From the NCBI GenBank assembly GCA_005116895.1, contig SWDO01000020.1:23791-87790 (forward strand): a DNA stretch of 64,000 bases. The letters run 5' to 3'. Both the position numbers and the translations under genes were made by a program. This DNA is from Nitrospira sp. Its GTDB lineage: Bacteria; Nitrospirota; Nitrospiria; Nitrospirales; Nitrospiraceae. Position 1 is the stretch's first letter; every line of letters begins with the position of its first letter. The notes below the pieces were generated by a model. The model saw only the letters and a program-made list of their open reading frames with translations, was not told the DNA's origin and ran no database searches. Positions 55,999-64,000 of this stretch are shown piece by piece.

Positions 55999-57423
55999 AT
56001 GAAATTTTCAGAATACGATCCAGGCGAGTTCTACGACGAGCTGTACGAGGGCAAAGGCCAGCCACGACCCGGAAGTACGCTGTTACTGCGAAAGTTTGCC
56101 TCACTGCCGGAAGGAGAACTCAAAAAACGCCAGGAAGCGGCGGAACGCGTCATTCTCAACATGGGCATGACATTCGGCATCCATGGGAGCGATGACGGCC
56201 ATGAACAGATCTTTCCGTTTGATATCGTGCCACGGGTCGTTGTGGCATCTGATTGGGACCGCATCGAATCCGGCCTTCAACAGCGCATGCGCGCGTTCAA
56301 CCTGTTTATCGACGATGTGTACCACGATCAAAAGATTCTCAAAAACGGGGTGATCCCCAGCGAACTGATTTATTCCGGCAAAGGTTTCTTGCTGCCCTGC
56401 ATGGGTCTCAACCCGCCACGAGGTATCTGGTGCCATGTGGCGGGGATCGACTTGGTCCGAATCAGCGATGGACAGTACTATGTCCTTGAAGACAACACCC
56501 GTTGCCCTTCGGGAGTCGCCTATGTGTTGGAAGCCCGACAGGTCATGAAACGGACATTTCCCGAGCTGTTCGATGCCTATCGCGTGCGGCCGGTGGATGG
56601 GTATCCGAGCCAACTCTTGGAAACCCTTCGGTCCCTTTCGGACCTTCCCGATCCGACCGTCGTCATTCTCACACCAGGCATCTTTAATTCTGCCTATTAC
56701 GAACATTCCCTGCTCGCCCACAAAATGGGTGTGGAATTGGTCGAGGCCAACGATCTGGCAGTCGTGGATGGGTCAGTCCATATGCGCACCACCAAGGGAT
56801 CTCAGCGCGTGGATGTGATCTACCGGCGGATCAATGACGACTATTTGGACCCGCTGGCGTTTCGTCACGATTCCGTATTGGGAGTGCCCGGTCTCATGGA
56901 ATCATACAAGAGAGGCAGGGTGGCGCTCGCCAATGCGCCCGGCACCGGCGTATCGGACGACAAAGCTATTTATGCGTACGTGCCGAAGATCATCAATTAC
57001 TACTTGGCGGAGGAACCGATTCTCCCGAACGTGCCCACCTATCTCTGTTCCGACAGACGGGATCGGACCTATGTCTTGGAGCATTTGGATCAACTGGTCG
57101 TGAAAGCCACCAACGAAGCTGGTGGGTACGGAATGATGATCGGTCCCCATGCCTCAAAGCAGGAGCGTGAGGACTGTGCCAGCCGCATCGAGGCAGACCC
57201 ACGCAACTATATCGCCCAACCAACCTTGGCACTCTCGCGGGTGCCCACCTTGGTGGAGGATCATCTAGAAGGACGTCACGTTGACCTGCGGCCATACGTC
57301 TTGTACGGCCGTGATGTGTACGTCTTGCCGGGAGGCATGACACGCGTGGCATTGCGGAAAGGCTCACTCGTGGTGAATTCCTCTCAAGGCGGAGGCAATA
57401 AAGACACATGGGTCCTTTCATGA
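55999..57423 (+). CDS. Circularly permuted type 2 ATP-grasp protein
   Basis: PFDIVPR, GIDLVR, VLEDNTRCPSG, IYRRINDDYLDP, NAPGTG, RHVDLRP, VVNSSQGGGNKDTWVL. Confidence 0.94.
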   Translation: MKFSEYDPGEFYDELYEGKGQPRPGSTLLLRKFASLPEGELKKRQEAAERVILNMGMTFGIHGSDDGHEQIFPFDIVPRVVVASDWDRIESGLQQRMRAFNLFIDDVYHDQKILKNGVIPSELIYSGKGFLLPCMGLNPPRGIWCHVAGIDLVRISDGQYYVLEDNTRCPSGVAYVLEARQVMKRTFPELFDAYRVRPVDGYPSQLLETLRSLSDLPDPTVVILTPGIFNSAYYEHSLLAHKMGVELVEANDLAVVDGSVHMRTTKGSQRVDVIYRRINDDYLDPLAFRHDSVLGVPGLMESYKRGRVALANAPGTGVSDDKAIYAYVPKIINYYLAEEPILPNVPTYLCSDRRDRTYVLEHLDQLVVKATNEAGGYGMMIGPHASKQEREDCASRIEADPRNYIAQPTLALSRVPTLVEDHLEGRHVDLRPYVLYGRDVYVLPGGMTRVALRKGSLVVNSSQGGGNKDTWVLS

Positions 57424-57496
57424 GCACTTCCTTTACGAACGGCCGGGATACTAGCAACGGTCAATTAACCGGTGAACAGGCAGGGCTTGATCCACG

Positions 57497-58477
57497 ATGC
57501 TGAGCCGAGTCGCCAGCTCCATGTATTGGTTGAATCGCTACATCGAACGGGCGGAAAACTATGCCCGATTCATCGAGGTGAACTTAAACCTCACACTCGA
57601 CCTCCCCAGAGGCACCACGGAGCAGTGGGATCCGTTGGTGGCTACTACAGGCGATAATGAAAGTTTTATCGATCGCTATGGAAAAGCGACAAAAGAAAAC
57701 GTCACGCAGTTTCTCTCAGCGGATGCGGCAAACCCCAACTCGATTCTGTCCTGTCTTTTGGCTGCACGTGAAAATGCACGGTCAGTCCGAGAAGTCATCT
57801 CCAGCGACATGTGGGAGCAAGTCAATCGCTTTTATCTCATGGTGAGAGACGCTGTTTCACAAGGCTTGTCCAGTCGAAATCTTCACACGTTTTTAGGAGA
57901 CGTCAAAGCAAACAGCCATCTTTTCCTCGGCATTACCGATGCCACCATGTCGCACGGAGAAGGCTGGCATTTTGCGAGGCTCGGTCGTCTGCTGGAGCGG
58001 GCGGACAAGACCTCCCGCATTCTCGACGTCAAATACTTCATGTTGCTCCCGACCGTCGCCGAAGTCGGTACGCCGTTTGATATCATCCAGTGGTCTGCCT
58101 TGTTAAAATCCGCCAGTGCCCTGGAGATGTATTACAAACGTTTTGGCCGCATCTCGCCGGACGATGTCACGACGTTCCTGATTCTCGACTCTACGTTTCC
58201 TCGAGCGATCCGGTACTGTCTCATCAAGAGTGAAGATTCGCTCCATGCCATCTCAGGGTCTGAACACGGCTCCTATCAGAACCAAGCCGAGAAGCGGCTG
58301 GGACGGTTGCGCGCCGAATTGGACTTTGGCGATCTTGAGGATTGCGTAACCAGCGGGCTGCACGAATTCTTAGATCAGTTTCAAGCGCAGCTCAATCGCG
58401 TGGGCGAGGCCATTTCGGAGACCTTCTTTGCCCCGCGTCCTATCCACAGCACAATCACCGGAGCGGAGGCACAATGA
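57497..58477 (+). CDS. Alpha-E domain protein
   Basis: MLSRVASSMYWLNRYIERAEN, ARENARSVRE, LERADKTSRILDVKY, FPRAI. Confidence 0.94.
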   Translation: MLSRVASSMYWLNRYIERAENYARFIEVNLNLTLDLPRGTTEQWDPLVATTGDNESFIDRYGKATKENVTQFLSADAANPNSILSCLLAARENARSVREVISSDMWEQVNRFYLMVRDAVSQGLSSRNLHTFLGDVKANSHLFLGITDATMSHGEGWHFARLGRLLERADKTSRILDVKYFMLLPTVAEVGTPFDIIQWSALLKSASALEMYYKRFGRISPDDVTTFLILDSTFPRAIRYCLIKSEDSLHAISGSEHGSYQNQAEKRLGRLRAELDFGDLEDCVTSGLHEFLDQFQAQLNRVGEAISETFFAPRPIHSTITGAEAQ

Positions 58478-59244
58478 CGTTTTGCCTAGGCATGAAAGTC
58501 GAAGATGGTCTCATCGGCATCGCCGACACACGGGTCACGACCGGTGCGGAATACATCACGACAGGGAAAGTCTCAATTCATCAGCATGGGCGGCACTCGA
58601 TGTTTCTTATGACATCTGGACTGCGCTCCGTCCGTGATAAGGCCGTCACCTATTTTGACGAAGCTATTGGCGAAGAAGATAAAACGTTCGATAAATTATT
58701 CAAAGCTGTCAACGTGTTTGCCGCACAGATTCGCCGTGTGGCAGAAGAGGACCGTGCAGCACTGGATCAAGCAGGCCTGATTTTCAATCTTCACGCCCTC
58801 GTGGGTGGACAGCTGGAAAAGGACAAGGAGCACAAGCTCTATCTCATTTACCCCCAGGGAAACTGGGTAGAAGTGAGCGAAGGGACACCCTATTGCATTA
58901 TCGGGGAGACTGGCTATGGCAAACCGCTCCTCGATCGCGTGTTACGCTATGACTCCAGCATGGACCTCGCCATAAAGGTGGGCTTCCTGGCCTTCGACGC
59001 CACTCGCACCAGTTCAACCAGCGTCGAATACCCCCTCGATGTCGTGCTCTATCGGCACGATACATTCGATATCATCGAACACCGTTTTCAGAAGGAAGAC
59101 CTCGCTGAGATTGCCATCTGGTGGCAATCCCGCATTTACGAATCGGTCGAGAAGTTACCCTCGAAGTGGATTGATCGCCTGCTGACATCGCTTCCTCGTG
59201 AGACACGATCACCGCCCACAAACTCCTCCGAAGCAACGCCCTAA
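58474..59244 (+). CDS. Anbu proteasome-type Ntn peptidase
   Basis: N-terminal (M)TFCLG, DTRVTTG, LVGGQ, LIYPQGN, IGETGYGKPLLDR; ATGA overlap with the alpha-E gene. Confidence 0.9.
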   Translation: MTFCLGMKVEDGLIGIADTRVTTGAEYITTGKVSIHQHGRHSMFLMTSGLRSVRDKAVTYFDEAIGEEDKTFDKLFKAVNVFAAQIRRVAEEDRAALDQAGLIFNLHALVGGQLEKDKEHKLYLIYPQGNWVEVSEGTPYCIIGETGYGKPLLDRVLRYDSSMDLAIKVGFLAFDATRTSSTSVEYPLDVVLYRHDTFDIIEHRFQKEDLAEIAIWWQSRIYESVEKLPSKWIDRLLTSLPRETRSPPTNSSEATP

Positions 59245-59442
59245 GGGGGTGACAGAGCAAGCCAACCCGCTCAACGCTCTTATGTGACGAACGGGCTTGA
59301 ACGTATCGAAGTCAGCGCCATGCTGACCGAGCTCAGCCACCCTTACACCGAGATCACGCAGGTGCTGGACACGCAGTATAGTAAAACGGGGGTGAGGGTC
59401 CTCGACACAGGGTAAGGATACAGAGAAGGAATCGAATGAGAA

Positions 59443-59865
59443 CTAGGCGTGGCCGGTCTTTCTTGTGCGTTCCGCAATCTTTTTTCGAAGCCGAGCCTTT
59501 TCCAGGCTGATCTGCGCGTCTTTCACTTCCGACGGCAAGCCGCCCGCTTGAAGACGACGCTCCGCTTCAGCAACTTTGGCAGTGGCCCGCTCCACGTCAA
59601 TGTCTTCCGCCTGTTCCGCAATTTCAGCCATGATGGTGACTTTGGTAGGAGTGACTTCGGCAAAGCCCCACAGAATGGCCATGGAATGGGTCTGACTATC
59701 CACACGGTAACGAAGTTCGCCGATGCGGAGCGTCGAGAGGAAATGACAGTGCCCGGGGAGTACCCCAAACTCTCCTTCTGACCCCGGGGCAATGACTTCA
59801 TCCACCTGCTGACTCAGCAACTGCTTCTCCGGCGTCACGACTTCTAATAGAAACTTTCCAGCCAT
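59443..59865 (-). CDS. atpC: ATP synthase F1 epsilon subunit
   Basis: LEVVTPE, PGSEGEFGVLPGH, GFAEV, DIDVERA. Confidence 0.96.
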   Translation of the reverse strand: MAGKFLLEVVTPEKQLLSQQVDEVIAPGSEGEFGVLPGHCHFLSTLRIGELRYRVDSQTHSMAILWGFAEVTPTKVTIMAEIAEQAEDIDVERATAKVAEAERRLQAGGLPSEVKDAQISLEKARLRKKIAERTRKTGHA

Positions 59866-59876
59866 ATTCTCTCCGT

Positions 59877-59953
59877 AAGGCGTGAAACGTGAGGCGTCAG
59901 GCGATGGGTTTCGGCGCTTTGCTCACCTTACCCCTAACCCCTCACGCCTAACG
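59877..59953. repeat. Heptamer-based imperfect inverted repeat in the atpD-atpC spacer
   Basis: CGTGAAA CGTGAGG CGTCAGG versus CCTTACC CCTAACC CCTCACG CCTAACG. Confidence 0.65.
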
Positions 59954-59956
59954 ATC

Positions 59957-61456
<1,500 letters not shown>

Positions 61457-61503
61457 TCATCTCTCCTGGACTCAGCACGCACGTCTCCGCGCTCAGAACG
61501 GTC

Positions 61504-62382
61504 CTATTTAAGAGCTTCCGCGCCGCCGACGATGTCCATCAGTTCCTTGGTGATCGCCGTCTGTCTGGTCTTGTTGTAATAGAGCGTGACCTTCTTAATG
61601 AGCTGGCCGGCGTTGCGTGTCGCCCCATCCATGGCAGCCATCCTGGCGCCGTGCTCAGCAGCCGCTGATTCCAACAGGATTCGATAGGCCTGTACCTGGA
61701 AATGTTTCGGCACGAGCGCACTCAGCAGCGCAGCTTCATCCGGCTCGTAGAGGTAAGCACCTGACGCAACACCCTCAGCCGGAGCCGCGCTGAACTCAGT
61801 CGCCGCATCCACTGGAAACAGCTTCTCCACGATCACACGCTGCTGGATGGCCGACTTGAATTCGTTGTACACGACATGAAGCTCGTCGAATGAGCCCTTC
61901 ACGAAATTGTCGGTCAGGTCGCCGCCGATATCGAGGGCATGTTCGAAGCTGAGCTTGTCGAACACACCGGTCCATTCCTGCCGGATTGGCCAGGAACGGC
62001 GCCGGAAATAGTCGCGGCCCTTTCGACCGACGATGCTCAGACCCACCGTCAACCCTTGGGCCTCGCACTGCCGCACAAACTCAGCGCTCTTCCGCGCGAT
62101 ATTGCCGTTGAATCCTCCGCAGAGTCCTCGATCGCTGGTGATCACGAGCACCTCGATCTTTTTCACCTCGCGCTTCTGGAGGAGCGGATGGGCGGAGCGG
62201 TTGACGCGCCGGCTCAGATTGCTCAGGACTCCGCGCATCTTGTGGGCGTAGGGACGAGCGGCGAGGATACGGTCCTGCGAGCGCTTGAGCTTCGCCGCCG
62301 CCACCATTTTCATGGCCTTGGTGATTTTCTGGGTATTCTTAAACGCCGCGATCTTGCGGCGCAAACTTTGTAAACTTGGCAT
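61504..62382 (-). CDS. atpG: ATP synthase F1 gamma subunit
   Basis: KITKAMKMVAAAK, SDRGLCGGFN, EHGARMAAM, RQTAITKELMDIVGGA. Confidence 0.98.
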   Translation of the reverse strand: MPSLQSLRRKIAAFKNTQKITKAMKMVAAAKLKRSQDRILAARPYAHKMRGVLSNLSRRVNRSAHPLLQKREVKKIEVLVITSDRGLCGGFNGNIARKSAEFVRQCEAQGLTVGLSIVGRKGRDYFRRRSWPIRQEWTGVFDKLSFEHALDIGGDLTDNFVKGSFDELHVVYNEFKSAIQQRVIVEKLFPVDAATEFSAAPAEGVASGAYLYEPDEAALLSALVPKHFQVQAYRILLESAAAEHGARMAAMDGATRNAGQLIKKVTLYYNKTRQTAITKELMDIVGGAEALK

Positions 62383-62478
62383 TGTCTTCCATCAGGGCTG
62401 TGGACTGAGTGCTGAGGGTGTAGATCCGGCACCCTGGCGTCCGCCTCCGCCCTGAGTCCTCGATACTCAGTCTTGTGC

Positions 62479-63999
62479 TTATGCTTTGGCTCCGTACCCC
62501 ATCTTCTGCTTGAAGGTCGTGATGATCTCCTTCAAGCGACCGCCAACCTTGTCGTCGATCTTGCCGATGGTAGTGACTTCTTTTTTTAGTTCAGCATGGT
62601 TCTGCTGAACATAGTGCAGGAAATCCGCTTCGAACTGCAGCACCCTGTCGACAGGCACATCGTCGAGATATCCGTTGACACCCGCATAGATCGAGAGCAC
62701 TTGATCGGCGACCGGCATCGGCTTGTACTGCCCCTGCTTCAACAGCTCGACCATGCGCACGCCACGCGCCAGCTGCAATTGCGTGGCCTTGTCGAGTTCG
62801 CTACCAAATTGGGAGAACGCCGCCATTTCGCGATATTGGGCCAAGTCCAGCCGAAGCGTACCGGCCACTTGCTTCATCGTCTTGATCTGCGCCGATCCGC
62901 CGACGCGGGACACCGAAAGACCGACGTTGATGGCGGGACGAATTCCTGAATAGAACAGATCGCTGCCCAGATAGATCTGGCCGTCCGTAATCGAAATGAC
63001 GTTCGTCGGGATGTAGGCGGACACGTCACCGGCCTGGGTTTCGATGATCGGCAACGCGGTCAGACTGCCTCCGCCGAGCTTGTCACTCAATTTTGCCGCC
63101 CGCTCCAACAACCGCGAATGGAGATAGAACACGTCGCCGGGATAGGCTTCGCGGCCTGGTGGTCTGCGGAGCAACAAGGAGAGCTCACGATAGGCCACGG
63201 CATGTTTGGACAAATCGTCATAGACAATCAACGCATGCTTCCCGTTATCGCGGAAATACTCGCCGATCGCGGCGCCGGCAAAGGGCGCCAAGAACTGCAT
63301 AGGAGCGGGATCGCTGGCGCTGGCCGACACGACCATGCTGTATTCCATCGCATGACTCTCTTCGAGAGTCTTGACGACACGCGCGACGGTCGATCGCTTT
63401 TGGCCGATGGCGACGTAGATACAGAACACGTTCAGACCCTTTTGATTGATGATCGTATCGACGGCGATGGCGGTCTTGCCGGTCTGACGATCGCCGATGA
63501 TCAGCTCGCGCTGTCCGCGCCCGATGGGGATCATGGCATCGATAGCCTTGATGCCGGTCTGCAACGGCTCCCGCACCGATTGGCGGGTATTGACGCCAGG
63601 AGCGACCATTTCGATGCGCGAAGAGAGCGTCGAGTTGATAGCGCCCTTGCCGTCGATCGGCTGGCCGATCGCGTTCACCACACGACCGATCAACGCGTCA
63701 CCCACCGGAATTTCCGCGATGCGGCCGGTGCGCTTGACAGGATCGCCTTCTTTGACCCCGACAGAGTCGCCCATTAACACGGCACCGACATTGTCTTCTT
63801 CCAGGTTCAACGCAATGCCATAGAGTCCACCTGGGAATTCGAGCATTTCACCGGCCATGGCTCCATCGAGGCCATAGACCTTGGCAATGCCGTCGCCCAC
63901 CTGGATGACGGACCCCGTTTCCTTGACATCGACCTGCTTGTCGAAGCCTTTGATCTTCTCTTTGATGATCGCACTGATTTCTTCTGCCCTGATCTGCAT
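62479..63999 (-). CDS. atpA: ATP synthase F1 alpha subunit
   Basis: [42 protein letters not shown]. Confidence 0.99.
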   Translation of the reverse strand: MQIRAEEISAIIKEKIKGFDKQVDVKETGSVIQVGDGIAKVYGLDGAMAGEMLEFPGGLYGIALNLEEDNVGAVLMGDSVGVKEGDPVKRTGRIAEIPVGDALIGRVVNAIGQPIDGKGAINSTLSSRIEMVAPGVNTRQSVREPLQTGIKAIDAMIPIGRGQRELIIGDRQTGKTAIAVDTIINQKGLNVFCIYVAIGQKRSTVARVVKTLEESHAMEYSMVVSASASDPAPMQFLAPFAGAAIGEYFRDNGKHALIVYDDLSKHAVAYRELSLLLRRPPGREAYPGDVFYLHSRLLERAAKLSDKLGGGSLTALPIIETQAGDVSAYIPTNVISITDGQIYLGSDLFYSGIRPAINVGLSVSRVGGSAQIKTMKQVAGTLRLDLAQYREMAAFSQFGSELDKATQLQLARGVRMVELLKQGQYKPMPVADQVLSIYAGVNGYLDDVPVDRVLQFEADFLHYVQQNHAELKKEVTTIGKIDDKVGGRLKEIITTFKQKMGYGAKA

Positions 64000-64000
64000 G

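Noticed and set aside
59245-59442. Possible gene remnant between Anbu and atpC
   Set aside because: It is a short open stretch with no recognisable motif, start signal or repeat.

Overview
Bacterial chromosomal window with moderately high GC and dense coding. The protein style and gene neighbourhoods look like Nitrospira, but that is my inference and not a database result. Most of it is housekeeping: panC, folK, dapL, truD, gpsA, larB, larC, pdxA, rsmA, anmK, a RluA-family synthase, the F1 ATP synthase genes atpA-G-D-C, a DrrAB-type ABC exporter, a Zn/Mn ABC transporter and an Anbu-type ATP-grasp operon. Several small accessory patches break this up. (i) 11.0-15.3 kb: a GH13 gene bracketed by a duplicated sigma70 promoter, then hicB-hicA, a HEPN gene split at a C9 tract, a 4x16-bp tandem repeat and a macrodomain pseudogene. 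(ii) 19.7-22.9 kb: a 5'-truncated beta-propeller gene, an M15 peptidase, an unannotated 44-aa membrane peptide, and a two-gene cassette with its own promoter lying between two diverged copies of the 3' end of an AttH-like gene. (iii) 41.7-43.5 kb: a ZorA/ZorB-like pair with no effector genes. (iv) 49.3-50.3 kb: an IS remnant fused to a decapitated znuA. A split ArgZ/AgrE-like arginine dihydrolase plus ornithine cyclodeaminase operon is also present. I recognised no rRNA, tRNA or CRISPR array. All family calls come from reading motifs by eye.
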